DNA from: Caldisericota bacterium
Lineage (GTDB): Bacteria > Caldisericota > Caldisericia > JAAYUI01
DNA: 64,000 bases
Direction of reading: 5' to 3'
Assembly (NCBI GenBank): GCA_029548865.1
Contig: JAKPMO010000004.1
Coordinates: 160,001 to 224,000, forward strand
The translations under genes and the position numbers were made by a program. Each line of letters opens with the position of its first letter. Position 1 is the stretch's first letter. Below, piece after piece: positions 1-12,394 of this stretch. The notes beneath the pieces were generated by a model. That model was given only the letters and a program-made list of their open reading frames with translations. It was not told where the DNA came from and did not search any database.

Positions 1-2
1 TT

Positions 3-455
3 GAAGTCCAGGCGCTTGTGGCTCCAACATACTATCCTTCCCCAAGGAGGGTGGTGACTGGTTGCAACATGAACAGGGCGCTGATGCTTCTGGCTGTCCT
101 GGAAAAAAGGGCCTCTATTCCTCTGGGGAAACTGGATTGCTATGTAAATCTTGTTGGTGGTCTGGATTCTGACGAACCATCACTTGACCTGCCAATATCT
201 TTTGCGCTTGTGTCTTCGTTTATGGACAGAAAAGTGCCCGAGGGCGTGGCTTTTGTTGGTGAGGTAGGGCTTACTGGTGAAATACGCCCTGTCAGCCAAT
301 TGGGAACAAAACTAAAAGAACTCAATGCTTTGGGGCTTAAAACTGTGTTGGTGCCAAATCAGGACAAGCCTGATATTGAAGGGCTGGAGATTATCTCGGC
401 AGGGACGTTGAGGGAGGCACTGAAGTTGGTATGGCCTGGTCAAGGTTTACCTTGA
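3..455 (+). CDS. radA: DNA repair protein RadA/Sms, C-terminal part (5' end outside window)
   Basis: Frame reads EVQALVAPT...PRR..., LLAVLEKR, YVNLVGG, EPSLDL, GEVGLTGEIRPV: the Lon-like C-terminal domain of RadA. Confidence 0.93.
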   Translation, partial: EVQALVAPTYYPSPRRVVTGCNMNRALMLLAVLEKRASIPLGKLDCYVNLVGGLDSDEPSLDLPISFALVSSFMDRKVPEGVAFVGEVGLTGEIRPVSQLGTKLKELNALGLKTVLVPNQDKPDIEGLEIISAGTLREALKLVWPGQGLP

Positions 456-1176
456 GTTGGAAGGTGTAGTACAGAAGAACGTCTTTTGGCCAGACAGTGA
501 ATTCAAACGTGGCCACTCCAGTCAGGGTCTTCAAAGGAAGCCTTACCCAACCCGATCTTTCAGCACCCGATGGTATATCGCTTGAGAAAATAGGGTCCCA
601 GTCTGAGGCCTGGAGCTTTTCCTGGCCGACAATCATTTTTGTGAGTGAGGCCGGGAACCTGACTTTTGTTTCAAGCTTGTTGTAGATCTTGATGTCGAGC
701 CTGAGGTTGTTTTTTTCCTTGACGATTGCAACAAGGGTGAAATCAACGCCATTTTTGGAGAATTTTATTGGCGGAACAAGATTTTCAGTTGAACCGCCGC
801 CGCCCTCTTCAGCATTTTTGATGCAATCGGCAAGGGCTTGTTTGAGCTTGCGGTTTTCATCCTGAAGAGAAAGATTTTCTGCTTTAAGAACCGAGATGTC
901 CGGGATCGTAATTGTTATTTTCTTTTCCTTTGTGTCATACTCCACAGAGGAACCATCTTTCGGGAAAACATTGTCAATAAGGAAACGGAGTGGAACGACT
1001 GTCCTCTCCTCAATTATTGTTGGCGCTGGCTGAAGGGTGACTGACTTGTCATCCACAGTTGCGATTTTTTCACCGATTTTCATTACAATTGTGCGCGATT
1101 GCTCCTGGGTTGTAGCAACCGTTATCGACAAGAGTAAGAAAACTAGCGCCAAACTGTAAATTGCATACCTTTTCAT
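391..1176 (-). CDS. Secreted copper amine oxidase N-terminal (stalk) domain protein with coiled coil and C-terminal beta domain
   Basis: Signal peptide MKRYAIYSLALVFLLL; stalk motif APTIIEERTVVPLRF; heptad segment LKAENLSLQDENRKLKQAL. Start placed at ATG 1176, just after the promoter. Confidence 0.75.
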   Translation of the reverse strand: MKRYAIYSLALVFLLLSITVATTQEQSRTIVMKIGEKIATVDDKSVTLQPAPTIIEERTVVPLRFLIDNVFPKDGSSVEYDTKEKKITITIPDISVLKAENLSLQDENRKLKQALADCIKNAEEGGGGSTENLVPPIKFSKNGVDFTLVAIVKEKNNLRLDIKIYNKLETKVRFPASLTKMIVGQEKLQASDWDPIFSSDIPSGAERSGWVRLPLKTLTGVATFEFTVWPKDVLLYYTFQLKVNLDQAIPTSVPPSTSLPR

Positions 1177-1186
1177 GGCGGGACGT

Positions 1187-1214
1187 ATTATAGTCATTAT
1201 GATTTTTATGTCAA
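1187..1214 (-). promoter_or_regulatory. sigma70-type promoter TTGACA-16-TATAAT
   Basis: Perfect consensus hexamers; -10 box ends 10 nt before ATG 1176; no SD. Confidence 0.75.
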
Positions 1215-1218
1215 TACT

Positions 1219-1974
1219 CTACCAGCCTATCCTCAGCCTGTCGGCGAGGAAAAGTGGAAGTCCAGCCTCCATTACTTTTGCAATGGTTGCCTCAATGTCG
1301 TAGTCCACGCGCTTTATTGTGGCTTTTCTCATGTCTGTGTCATAAACAGCGTAGCTTGCCTGGGGATTCCTGTCCCTTGGCTGGCCGACTGACCCGACAT
1401 TTATTATGTATTTGATGCCGGGCTCAAGCGATATTTCCAGACCATAAGAACCCCTCTGGTATTCAATATCATCATGGCCTTTTATCGAAAAAACACCGGA
1501 TATGTGGGAATGCCCGATAAAGCATATATTTGAGCTCATTATTTCTGAGAGTCTGACGGCTTCCATTGGCGAAGCTATGTATTCGAAGGGTGCGGATGAA
1601 TCCAGACTACCATGGGCGACCTGGAAACCATCATGTGAGTTTGGCCCTGGTATTTTCAGCTTCATTGGTAAATTGCTTATGAATTTTTGGTGCGAGGGAG
1701 TTACCTGTGTTCTCTGCCACCTGATTGCAGAGAGGCCATATTGATTGAAATATCTTTCCTCAGAGGGCTCTATAAGCGCCTTGTCATGGTTGCCCATTAT
1801 TGCCCTTACCCCAAGGTTTATTATTTTTGCAACACACTCATCGGGATTTGCATTGTACCCGACGATGTCCCCGCAACAGATTATCTCGTCAACGTTTTCT
1901 TTCTCCAGTGAGGCAAGCACAACGTTTAATGCTTCGATGTTGGCGTGTATATCAGAAATTATGCCGTATCTCAT
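1219..1974 (-). CDS. Metallophosphoesterase (calcineurin-like, YfcE/PPP family)
   Basis: DIHAN, GDIVGY, GNHD, GHSH, NVGSVGQPRD motifs. Confidence 0.9.
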   Translation of the reverse strand: MRYGIISDIHANIEALNVVLASLEKENVDEIICCGDIVGYNANPDECVAKIINLGVRAIMGNHDKALIEPSEERYFNQYGLSAIRWQRTQVTPSHQKFISNLPMKLKIPGPNSHDGFQVAHGSLDSSAPFEYIASPMEAVRLSEIMSSNICFIGHSHISGVFSIKGHDDIEYQRGSYGLEISLEPGIKYIINVGSVGQPRDRNPQASYAVYDTDMRKATIKRVDYDIEATIAKVMEAGLPLFLADRLRIGW

Positions 1975-1982
1975 TTTGTTTT

Positions 1983-2010
1983 ATTTTACCCGTAGAGGTC
2001 ATTTAGTCAA
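1983..2010 (-). promoter_or_regulatory. sigma70-type promoter TTGACT-16-TAAAAT
   Basis: -10 box ends 8 nt before ATG 1974; no SD. Confidence 0.6.
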
Positions 2011-2016
2011 CACAGG

Positions 2017-2928
2017 TTAAAAAACCAGTCCCTGCCTTATTAAACCTGATGCCAGGAAGTCCCGGGTATCGAGCAATTTCCCTCCCTCTTTCTGGCATTT
2101 TGTAAATTCCAGCGCCCCTTCCTTGCAGGCGATTATTAATGTTTTTTTCGAGAGAAGCACTTCCCCTGGCTGCCCATTGCCTTCAACCACTTTAGGGCCA
2201 AACAGTTTTATCCTTTTGCCGTCAAGCACCGTGTAGCAACCGGGATCAGGCGACATTGATCTTATGTGACAAGACAACTCAAAAGCCGTCTTGTTCCAGT
2301 TGATGACTTCATCATCTGGTTTAAGTCTTCTTGCATAGAAGGTTTTTTCCTGGGATTGTGGCTCTCCTTCAAAACCCTGCCCAAGTTTTTTGATTGCTTC
2401 CGGCAGCATTGAAACAGAAAGCTTGGCCAGCTTCTCTGAAAGGGAACCAAAATCATCTGTGTCTTCTATTGCGATTGTCTCTGAAGCAATTACGTTGCCC
2501 CTGTCGAGTCTGTTTGAGATGAGCATCAAGCTCACACCGGTTTCCTTCTCACATTTCCTGATGGCCCACCTTATCGGCTCTGCACCCCTGTATCTTGGGA
2601 GTAGTGATGGATGAATGTTGAGTATCCCTTTTGCAAAAACATTAATGGTTGGAGGTAAAAGTATTTCAGAATAGGAAGCCAGGACAGCAATGTCGGCCGA
2701 AGCCTTTTTTAGAATTTCTACTGATTCATCGGAGTTGATGGATTCTGGGGAGTAGCAAGGGATATTTTTGCTTGCACAAAATTCTGATATGACCGAGGAG
2801 ACCACTTTCTGACCCCTGCCCTTTTTTGCGTCAGGCCTTGTGGCCACAAGGCAGACATCATAATTTTCCGAGAGAAACTCGATTATGGTTTTTGCAAAAT
2901 TGCCCGAGCCAATGAAAACTGTTTTCAT
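2017..2928 (-). CDS. fmt: Methionyl-tRNA formyltransferase
   Basis: TRPDAKKGRG, NIHPSLLPRYRGAEPI, ETGVS, LDRG motifs. Confidence 0.93.
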   Translation of the reverse strand: MKTVFIGSGNFAKTIIEFLSENYDVCLVATRPDAKKGRGQKVVSSVISEFCASKNIPCYSPESINSDESVEILKKASADIAVLASYSEILLPPTINVFAKGILNIHPSLLPRYRGAEPIRWAIRKCEKETGVSLMLISNRLDRGNVIASETIAIEDTDDFGSLSEKLAKLSVSMLPEAIKKLGQGFEGEPQSQEKTFYARRLKPDDEVINWNKTAFELSCHIRSMSPDPGCYTVLDGKRIKLFGPKVVEGNGQPGEVLLSKKTLIIACKEGALEFTKCQKEGGKLLDTRDFLASGLIRQGLVF

Positions 2929-4445
2929 ACCATCAGATTTTCCCTGTACTGGACAGCCTCTGCAATATGGGGAGTCTTAATCTCTTTTGAATCGGCCAGG
3001 TCGGCGATGGTTCTGGAAACCCTGAGTATCCTGTCATATCCCCTTGCAGTCAGGTTCATTCTTTCACAAGCGAGCCTCAGGAAAGACTCCTCGTCTGCCC
3101 CAAGCCTGCAAAACTCTTTTATCTGTTTTGATGAGAGCTGTGCATTACAATATATTCCAAGGCTCTTGTAACGTTCAGTTTGCATTTTTCTGCCATTTGC
3201 CACCCTCTGCCTTATTGTTGTACTCTTTTCACCAGGCTGTGTGCCTGAAAGCTCCTCAGGAAGCAGCCTTGAGAGCGAAAGGTATATGTCAAACCTGTCA
3301 AGTAGCGGACCAGAGATTCTCGACTGGTATTTTCTGATAGATGAAATGCCACAGGTGCATGGTTTTGTTCTGTCTCCATAGTACCCGCACGGGCAAGGGT
3401 TCATTGCTGACACGAGCAGGAACCTTGAAGGATAGGTGACGGTTTGCCTCACCCTGGCGACAGTTACCTCGCCGTCCTCCATTGGTTGCCTGAGCACCTC
3501 CAGAACGTCTCTCTTAAATTCAGGCAATTCGTCCAGAAACAGGACACCACCATGTGAGAGGCTTATCTCGCCTGGCATAGGATTTGAGCCTCCACCGATG
3601 ATTGCGGCAGGTGATGCAGTGTGGTGCGGTGACCTGTAGGGTCTTTTTGTTATAAGGCCTTCTTTTGACGGGAGGAGACCTGCAATCGAATATATCTGGC
3701 TGATTTCAACCGCCTCGTCAAAGGTGAGTGGTGGCAAGATTGATGGTAACCTCTTTGCCAGCATTGTCTTTCCAGAACCGGGTGCCCCCATCATAAGCAC
3801 GTTGTGGCTCCCGCATGCTGCGATTTCCAGCGCCCTCTTGGCCATTACATTGCCCTTTACTTCGGACATGTCAACTGGATATTCAAGGAAGGAATCGGTG
3901 AAATCAACCTTCCTCATTTTCACTGACTGCAATGGCTTTTCTCCGGCAAGGTGCAGTGCCATGTCTTGCAGGTTGTCTGCCCCGATAACTTCAACATTGA
4001 AAATGGAGGCCTCGGCAATGTTGTCTTTTGGGACCATAAGCGTTTCTTCAGTTCCAGAGAGGGCTATGGCTATCGGCAAAACCCCTGGGACAGGGCGCAA
4101 TGCGCCATCAAGCGACAGCTCGCCCAGAAAAGTCTTGCCCTCGAGGGACTCGGCAGGTATCTGGTTTGATGCGGCAAGTATGCCAAGAGCTATTGGCAGG
4201 TCAAACCCTGACCCTTCTTTCTTGAGATCGGCGGGGGCGAGGTTGACTGTTATCCTTTTGATCGGGAAGGCAAAACCGGAGTTTTTTATTGCAGAGCGGA
4301 CCCTCTCCCTTGCCTCGGAAACTGCAGCATCAGGCAAACCAACTATATTGAAAGAAGGCAAAGCCTGCCCGGTTATGTCCACCTCAACTCGGAGCCTGAG
4401 CGGTTTGAGTCCCTCCAATGTTACACTTTGTACAGACGAGAACAC
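2925..4445 (-). CDS. comM: YifB/ComM Mg-chelatase-like AAA+ ATPase
   Basis: VGLPDAAVSEARERVRSA, NLAPADLKKEG, GAPGSGKT, FLDELPEF, NPCPCG, SGPLLDRFD. Confidence 0.92.
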   Translation of the reverse strand: MFSSVQSVTLEGLKPLRLRVEVDITGQALPSFNIVGLPDAAVSEARERVRSAIKNSGFAFPIKRITVNLAPADLKKEGSGFDLPIALGILAASNQIPAESLEGKTFLGELSLDGALRPVPGVLPIAIALSGTEETLMVPKDNIAEASIFNVEVIGADNLQDMALHLAGEKPLQSVKMRKVDFTDSFLEYPVDMSEVKGNVMAKRALEIAACGSHNVLMMGAPGSGKTMLAKRLPSILPPLTFDEAVEISQIYSIAGLLPSKEGLITKRPYRSPHHTASPAAIIGGGSNPMPGEISLSHGGVLFLDELPEFKRDVLEVLRQPMEDGEVTVARVRQTVTYPSRFLLVSAMNPCPCGYYGDRTKPCTCGISSIRKYQSRISGPLLDRFDIYLSLSRLLPEELSGTQPGEKSTTIRQRVANGRKMQTERYKSLGIYCNAQLSSKQIKEFCRLGADEESFLRLACERMNLTARGYDRILRVSRTIADLADSKEIKTPHIAEAVQYRENLMV

Positions 4446-4452
4446 AAAAATG

Positions 4453-4480
4453 ATTTTATGTTATTGTGACTGATCGTCAA
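4453..4480 (-). promoter_or_regulatory. sigma70-type promoter TTGACG-16-TAAAAT
   Basis: -10 box ends 7 nt before GTG 4445; no SD. Confidence 0.6.
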
Positions 4481-5000
4481 GAAGCCTGAAGGCTTCCAGA
4501 AATTCCGAGATAATTTCGAATTCAAAATTGTTTTGTCTTTCAAAAAAACGGGACATATCTCCACGGCCCATTCTTTTGTATCTTGAGGCACGGCAGAGCA
4601 TCTGGAGCCTGTCACATTCTTTTACAAACCTTGCTTCCAGCGACTGGCATTTGACGTATTCTTCGAACAGTGCCTGCAGTTTTTGGGAGCTCCCAAAAAT
4701 CTTTTCAGAAACTTTTTTCTCCGCGCTTTCCTTGTCAATAAATTCCTTTGCGCAAAGCGGCAAATCGGTCAGCAGGGCTTCCGGGATGTCATGAACAAGG
4801 GCCAGCTCAAGGGCCTTTTCCTTTGACATGCCTGGTATGTGGTCGGAGAGTAAAAGGACAAGCATGGAAACATTGTAAGAATGAGATGAAACTGGCTCCG
4901 GTGAGGCCACTCCGGAGAGGAGATACCCAAACCTCGGTATGTCTGTAAGGGTCTCGCAGTGGAGATATATCCCGGCGAGCTTTTTTATGTCATCTCTCAC
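4461..5000 (-). CDS. HD-domain phosphohydrolase (YfbR/HDDC2-like 5'-deoxynucleotidase)
   Basis: PRFGY, EPVSSHSY, HDIPE, EARFVKECDRLQM. Confidence 0.85.
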   Translation of the reverse strand: MRDDIKKLAGIYLHCETLTDIPRFGYLLSGVASPEPVSSHSYNVSMLVLLLSDHIPGMSKEKALELALVHDIPEALLTDLPLCAKEFIDKESAEKKVSEKIFGSSQKLQALFEEYVKCQSLEARFVKECDRLQMLCRASRYKRMGRGDMSRFFERQNNFEFEIISEFLEAFRLLDDQSQ

Positions 5001-5877
5001 CGAGCATGCTCCTTATGGTTTCCAGTTCCTTCAATGCTCTTTGTTTACTATTGTCATTTGTATATCCGGCGCTGTTTTTAAGTAGCGGCTCAACAATTGA
5101 TATTGGGTCCTTGTGCCCGTGGGTTTTCAGGGACTGTGCCAGACTGATGCAAAATTGTGTCCTGAAATCATCTTTTGACTCGGAAACCGTTTTTGTCAGT
5201 GCATCGTCCCACTGTTTTGTGGCATCCAGATAGTCTGGTGTCGAATCAACAAATTTGCCGTTTTTCATGGAATAAACAACCAGTGCCGATGGGACAAAAT
5301 TGGTACCAAACTTGCCTGCCCACGATTTGTCGGCGCAAACCAGCTCATAGGTTCCATCCTTGTCCAGATCGTCAATGATCCATGGTGTTATGTGGTCTGG
5401 CAAAGAGAGGACATCAACCATTGCCTTGTCTTTGATGTCCAGCATCATGATGGTCCTGTCAAAGGGTGACATGGAGCTAAGAATCGAGATGGGGCCGGGT
5501 TTACTCCCTTTCTCAAACCACTCTTTCCTGGAATCATTTGTGGAGGCAAACCAGAGCCAGTGAAAGTTTATCCTTCGCGTTTGGCCAATTCCTCCTACTG
5601 GTTCTGCTGTTTCGTGGAACATCCAGTAACAAATGAGTTTTTGCTCCTCCACTCCGGTGAGCCTGCTGTATACCTGGACATAATACTGGTTGCTGGCGCC
5701 ATCTTCCACTATCCTCATCTCGGTGTTGAACCAGCCATCTTTTAGCTCGTTGTCAATATGAAAAGACCACAAGAGGCCCTGTGGCCTGTCGTGGTCTTTT
5801 GTGTTGGTGCCTAACGCAAAAACCGGATGCCAGATTGAGATGGCAATCAAAAGGCCGGCAATGATGGCCTTTCTCAT
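4990..5877 (-). CDS. Hypothetical exported protein
   Basis: Signal peptide MRKAIIAGLLIAISIWHPVFA; one FG-GAP/EF-hand-like DLDKDGTYEL motif; start overlaps the atpC stop. Confidence 0.6.
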   Translation of the reverse strand: MRKAIIAGLLIAISIWHPVFALGTNTKDHDRPQGLLWSFHIDNELKDGWFNTEMRIVEDGASNQYYVQVYSRLTGVEEQKLICYWMFHETAEPVGGIGQTRRINFHWLWFASTNDSRKEWFEKGSKPGPISILSSMSPFDRTIMMLDIKDKAMVDVLSLPDHITPWIIDDLDKDGTYELVCADKSWAGKFGTNFVPSALVVYSMKNGKFVDSTPDYLDATKQWDDALTKTVSESKDDFRTQFCISLAQSLKTHGHKDPISIVEPLLKNSAGYTNDNSKQRALKELETIRSMLGER

Positions 5878-6134
5878 TGCACCTTCTTGAAGTCGGTGGT
5901 CAGTATGATGATTTTGTCGTGGAACACCTCAATCCATCCATCAGAAACATTGTAAACCGAATCACCCTTTGCAGTTTTTGCTGTTATTTTGCCGGATTTC
6001 AGGGTCGCAACCATATTGATGTGTTTTGGGAGGATGCCCCAATAGCCATCTTCAAGAGGGACGATGAGCGAGGTTGCAACAAGTTTTTCCTCCCTTGATT
6101 CCGGTGTTATGATGGTGATGTTTAGCTGGTCCAC
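5874..6134 (-). CDS. atpC: ATP synthase epsilon subunit (short, N-terminal beta-sandwich only)
   Basis: IITPE, GYWGILPKH, VSDGWIEV; follows atpD; 86 aa. Confidence 0.9.
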   Translation of the reverse strand: MDQLNITIITPESREEKLVATSLIVPLEDGYWGILPKHINMVATLKSGKITAKTAKGDSVYNVSDGWIEVFHDKIIILTTDFKKVQ

Positions 6135-8448
<2,314 letters not shown>

Positions 8449-8450
8449 GC

Positions 8451-9959
8451 TCAGCTCCCAAAGGTGGATGATACAGACTGCACAAGTTTGGATATTCCTT
8501 CCTTGTGCGCATCAGTCAGTTTTGGTGCCATTGAGAGCTCCTTAAGGAGATCAGGCCTGAATCTTTTTGCTTCCTCAACAAGGACACGCTCGAACTCCTG
8601 GACCCTATCTTTTCTTATATCATCCAGTGCGCCAAGCGAGTAGGCGCCAAGAATAAGTACCTGCTGACCCACGTGCATCGGGCTGTACTGTGGTTGTTTA
8701 AGCAGTTCGACGAGCTTTTCACCCCTCTGGAGCTTCTTTTGGGTTACCGGGTCGAGCTCTGCGCCAAACTGGGCGAATGCCTTGAGGTCATTGTACTGTG
8801 ACAGATCTAGCTTGAGTGAACCACCGACCTTTTTCATGGTCGGAATCTGGGCGTTTCCACCGACACGGGAAACGGAAAGACCGACGTTTACAGCTGGCCT
8901 TATACCCTCGTGGAAAAGCTCTTTCTCAAGGTATATCTGACCGTCGGTGATGGATATGAGGTTTGTCGGGATGTACTGCGAAACATCGCCGGCCTGTGTT
9001 TCGATTATTGGCAGGGCGGTCATGGAACCACCGCCAAGATCCTTGTGGAGTTTTGCAGCGCGCTCGAGGAGCCTTGAGTGGAGGTAGAAAATGTCTCCTG
9101 GATATGCCTCACGCCCTGGCGGACGCCTCAGAAGCAGTGCAAGTTCCCTGTAGGCATCGGCATGCTTTGAGAGGTCATCATAGATTATCAGGACGTGCTT
9201 GCCGGAGCGCATCAGCTCTTCGCCAATTGCGCAACCGACATAAGGAGCTATGTACCTGGTTGCTGGCGACTGGTCTGCAAGGGTTGTGACGATGAGGGTG
9301 TAATCAAGCGCACCATAATCACGCAGTGTTTTGACAATTCCTGCCATGGTGGACGATTTCTGTGCAATTCCAACATAGATGCAGATTACATTTTCGTCCT
9401 TCTGGTTCAGGATTGTATCAATGGCAATGGCAGTTTTTCCGGTTTGCCTGTCGCCAATGATGAGCTCACGCTGTCCCCTGCCGATCGGAAAAAGAGCGTC
9501 AATGGTCTTGATGCCGGTTTGCATCGGCTGATGAACTGGCTCCCTCTCGATTACTGATGGGGCTTTTGTTTCAAGCGGGAGAAATTTTATTGATTTTGGT
9601 GCTGGTTTTCCATCAATCGGATTGCCGAGGGGATCAATTACACGACCAATCAGGTTTTGGGTGTAAGGAATTGAGAGAAGTCTTCCAGTCCTTGATACCC
9701 TGTCACCTTCCCTGACGTATTTGTCTTCACCGAGCAAAACGACTCCGACGTAATCAGGAGCAAGCGAGAGCACGAAACCCTCGATGCCACCTTCAAAACT
9801 CAACACCTCGCTGATGAAGGCATCAGAGAGCCCTCTTACTAGGGCAACACCATCACCAACTTCACTGACTGAGCCGGCATTTTCAATTACCGGAATGAAA
9901 GGTTTTGCCTCAAAAGAGGCCTGCCAGGTGTTGATTATCTCGTCTAGTATCTCAGGCAT
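8451..9959 (-). CDS. atpA: ATP synthase alpha subunit
   Basis: [31 protein letters not shown]. Confidence 0.98.
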   Translation of the reverse strand: MPEILDEIINTWQASFEAKPFIPVIENAGSVSEVGDGVALVRGLSDAFISEVLSFEGGIEGFVLSLAPDYVGVVLLGEDKYVREGDRVSRTGRLLSIPYTQNLIGRVIDPLGNPIDGKPAPKSIKFLPLETKAPSVIEREPVHQPMQTGIKTIDALFPIGRGQRELIIGDRQTGKTAIAIDTILNQKDENVICIYVGIAQKSSTMAGIVKTLRDYGALDYTLIVTTLADQSPATRYIAPYVGCAIGEELMRSGKHVLIIYDDLSKHADAYRELALLLRRPPGREAYPGDIFYLHSRLLERAAKLHKDLGGGSMTALPIIETQAGDVSQYIPTNLISITDGQIYLEKELFHEGIRPAVNVGLSVSRVGGNAQIPTMKKVGGSLKLDLSQYNDLKAFAQFGAELDPVTQKKLQRGEKLVELLKQPQYSPMHVGQQVLILGAYSLGALDDIRKDRVQEFERVLVEEAKRFRPDLLKELSMAPKLTDAHKEGISKLVQSVSSTFGS

Positions 9960-9963
9960 AGGA

Positions 9964-10791
9964 TCACCTCAAGTCTTCGATGGTGGTTTCAACCATCCTT
10001 GAGATTGAGGAATCGAATATAGTGTCACCAAAGACTATCCTGAGGCCAGAAATGAGCTCTGGTTTTATGATAAATTCAACCTTGGCGCCGTTTTTCACAA
10101 AGCCGAGGACGAAATCTGAAACTGCCTTTTTGTCCACTTCTGGCATTTCAGTTGCAGACTCGATGACGATTCTTGATACCTTGCCTGCCTGGGAGAGCGC
10201 ATCGCAAAGATTGAGTTTATGGGAATGGATGTCGCAGACTGTGAGTTTTGGCAGCTCAGAAATGATGTGTTTTGTGTAGGCTTCGGTCATGCCATTATCG
10301 AAGACCTGCTTCATGACCTGTCTTGAAGCCTGAACAATAATTTTTTTCGAGCGGCTCTTTAGATCTTGCTCGGTTATTTCACGTTCGCCTTTTGCTTCTT
10401 CCTCTGCAATCCTGAGTATGGACTTGGCGTCTTCCCTTGCTTTACCAATGATCTCTTCCCTTATGGCTTCCGCGGTTTGGACCGTTTCTGATGTTATCTT
10501 TCTCGATTCCTCGGCTGCCACGCTTTTTTGTTTTTTGGCGTCTTCAAGTCCTGCTTTTGCTTCTTCCTGGAGCTTTTTTGCGTCATCAATGACTGAAGAT
10601 GCGGCCTTTTTTCTGTCTTCCATCATCTTCTTTACTGGCTTGTAAAGAAAAGTCCAGAGAACGATGAAAAGTAGAGAGAGGTTGAGTATTGCAAATAGCA
10701 GGGTTCGCCAGTCAATCTGGATAAGAGATGAAGAAGCTTCTTTTGCAACTTCATTTGCCGCTTGGGCGGCACTAGCTAGCAGATAATTCAT
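9964..10791 (-). CDS. atpF: ATP synthase subunit b fused to a delta C-terminal-like domain
   Basis: [14 protein letters not shown] helix, [12 protein letters not shown], long coiled coil, then [19 protein letters not shown] (delta/OSCP C-terminus); no separate atpH. Confidence 0.88.
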   Translation of the reverse strand: MNYLLASAAQAANEVAKEASSSLIQIDWRTLLFAILNLSLLFIVLWTFLYKPVKKMMEDRKKAASSVIDDAKKLQEEAKAGLEDAKKQKSVAAEESRKITSETVQTAEAIREEIIGKAREDAKSILRIAEEEAKGEREITEQDLKSRSKKIIVQASRQVMKQVFDNGMTEAYTKHIISELPKLTVCDIHSHKLNLCDALSQAGKVSRIVIESATEMPEVDKKAVSDFVLGFVKNGAKVEFIIKPELISGLRIVFGDTIFDSSISRMVETTIEDLR

Positions 10792-10804
10792 TGTGCCCAC
10801 CTGC

Positions 10805-11068
10805 TTATATAAGCGGGTTTGCGAAGATAAGGACCAACGCTACTGCAAGGGCATAGATTACGAGCGACTCTATGAGGGCCAGCGAAAGGATCAGGGTCGT
10901 AAATATCCTGTCTCCTGCCTCAGGCTGCCTTGCGATGGCGTCGGCTGCGGCTGCGGCTGCTTTGCCCTGTCCCTGGGCTCCTCCGAATGCTGCAATAGCG
11001 ATTGCGAAAGATGCGGAGAAGACCGAAACAACCTTAATTAACCAAACCATGCTTGTGTTTGCGTCCAT
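10805..11068 (-). CDS. atpE: ATP synthase subunit c
   Basis: GGAQGQG, ARQPEA loop, IESLVIY, FANP. Confidence 0.97.
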   Translation of the reverse strand: MDANTSMVWLIKVVSVFSASFAIAIAAFGGAQGQGKAAAAAADAIARQPEAGDRIFTTLILSLALIESLVIYALAVALVLIFANPLI

Positions 11069-11070
11069 TG

Positions 11071-11907
11071 TTAGTGACCCCCTTTAGAAGTTACTGCAGG
11101 TTGCAGATAGACCAGGAACAACATGGTAAATACCAGTGCCTGGACAGCTCCGGTGAACAATCCGAGTCCCAGGATGACGATAGGGACAACAAAAGCCACA
11201 AGAGAAGAAATTACTTCGAGAACTATGTGCTCACCAGTCAGGTTTCCAAAAAGACGGACAGCCAGCGAAAGCGGGCGGCTGACTTCTTCAAGGATGTTGA
11301 TTGGCAACATAAATGCGTACGGTTTTACATAATGTTTCAAGTATGGCCCAATGCCTTTGACCTTCATGTATTGCCCATGGTAATAGGAAATTGCCGTTAG
11401 AGCGAAACCAGTGGTTACCATAAGGTCGGTTGTTGGCGCAATGACCATCTTGAAATTTTGGGAAACGCCATAGAAAGGAATGAATAGTGAGGAGACGATA
11501 CCCAAAAGGTTTGAAATGAGGATATAGCCGAAGAAAGCACAAACTGCCACCTCATAGCCTTTACCCTCGTGTCCGAGGATGCTCTCTGCAAAATTTTGTG
11601 TGGTGACAACAACCATTTCTGCGAGAACAGCCCTCTTTGATCCAGGTTTTTTAACCCCTGAGCCAATAACTATGATGATCGTGGAGAAAATCACAGTCGC
11701 GATGAGTAGTGCAAAAAACGTGTTTGACAGGGGTGATCCAAAAAGTGAGAAGGTTGTCTGCTGTGGGCCAACTTCAATCTTGTGAGGGTGTGGAGAAGCT
11801 GGAACCAAGAACATTACGCAGGCGTAGGCAGCCACAAAAAATAATGCAATCCAGAAGCTTTTTTTCCTGAGCAGGGGAGTTTTTTTCTTTTTCACCACTT
11901 CAGCCAT
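11071..11907 (-). CDS. atpB: ATP synthase subunit a
   Basis: [37 protein letters not shown] before ATG 11907. Confidence 0.96.
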   Translation of the reverse strand: MAEVVKKKKTPLLRKKSFWIALFFVAAYACVMFLVPASPHPHKIEVGPQQTTFSLFGSPLSNTFFALLIATVIFSTIIIVIGSGVKKPGSKRAVLAEMVVVTTQNFAESILGHEGKGYEVAVCAFFGYILISNLLGIVSSLFIPFYGVSQNFKMVIAPTTDLMVTTGFALTAISYYHGQYMKVKGIGPYLKHYVKPYAFMLPINILEEVSRPLSLAVRLFGNLTGEHIVLEVISSLVAFVVPIVILGLGLFTGAVQALVFTMLFLVYLQPAVTSKGGH

Positions 11908-12178
11908 TTTTGCCTCCGCGTTTAAACTTTGTAAACCATATCCACCATAGGCCAAAACCAAGCGCAAAGCCACCAAAAGATGCTAACAAAACATAAAACC
12001 CAAGTAAAACTGGGGCAAAAAGTGCCAGCGCGGCAATGAGGAGCCTCAGCGGGTTTGTAATAACCGTCTGGCCTTTCATGAATGACTTTTGCGTTTGCAG
12101 GAAAAGGAGGTGGAACCATGCGAACCCGAGGCCACAGCCCCAGATCGCTCCGCCTATTATCTCTAATGCTGTTTTCAT
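11900..12178 (-). CDS. AtpR/AtpI-like small membrane protein
   Basis: 92 aa hydrophobic; G-x3-LG-x3-F...LRL...LLASFGGF pattern resembles N-ATPase AtpR; directly before atpB. Confidence 0.6.
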   Translation of the reverse strand: MKTALEIIGGAIWGCGLGFAWFHLLFLQTQKSFMKGQTVITNPLRLLIAALALFAPVLLGFYVLLASFGGFALGFGLWWIWFTKFKRGGKNG

Positions 12179-12384
12179 AGCTTGAATTTAAGGGCCGTTC
12201 TTGCTGAGGCAACGAGGCCCATACATATCAGGATCAGGAAGAATATCGGCATTGTCCCCAATGCTTTGTCGAGAAAGAAGCCAGCCACGCCACCAAGAGC
12301 AATGGGCATGATGAGCATGAAGACGATTGTCAGACCAAGGGCCCTTGCTTTTATCATCTCAGCAAATATCTTTCCTGCCCTCAA
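12175..12384 (-). CDS. AtpZ/AtpQ (ATPase gene 1) two-TM protein
   Basis: LGLTIV...PIALGGVAGFFLDKALGT.P.F; AAGGAG then TTG at 12384, right after the nuoN stop. Confidence 0.8.
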   Translation of the reverse strand: MRAGKIFAEMIKARALGLTIVFMLIMPIALGGVAGFFLDKALGTMPIFFLILICMGLVASARTALKFKL

Positions 12385-12394
12385 TGTTCTCTCC

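Noticed and set aside
391..455. 65-bp convergent overlap of radA and the stalk-domain gene
   Set aside because: Short tail-to-tail overlaps are common in compact genomes; both proteins look complete
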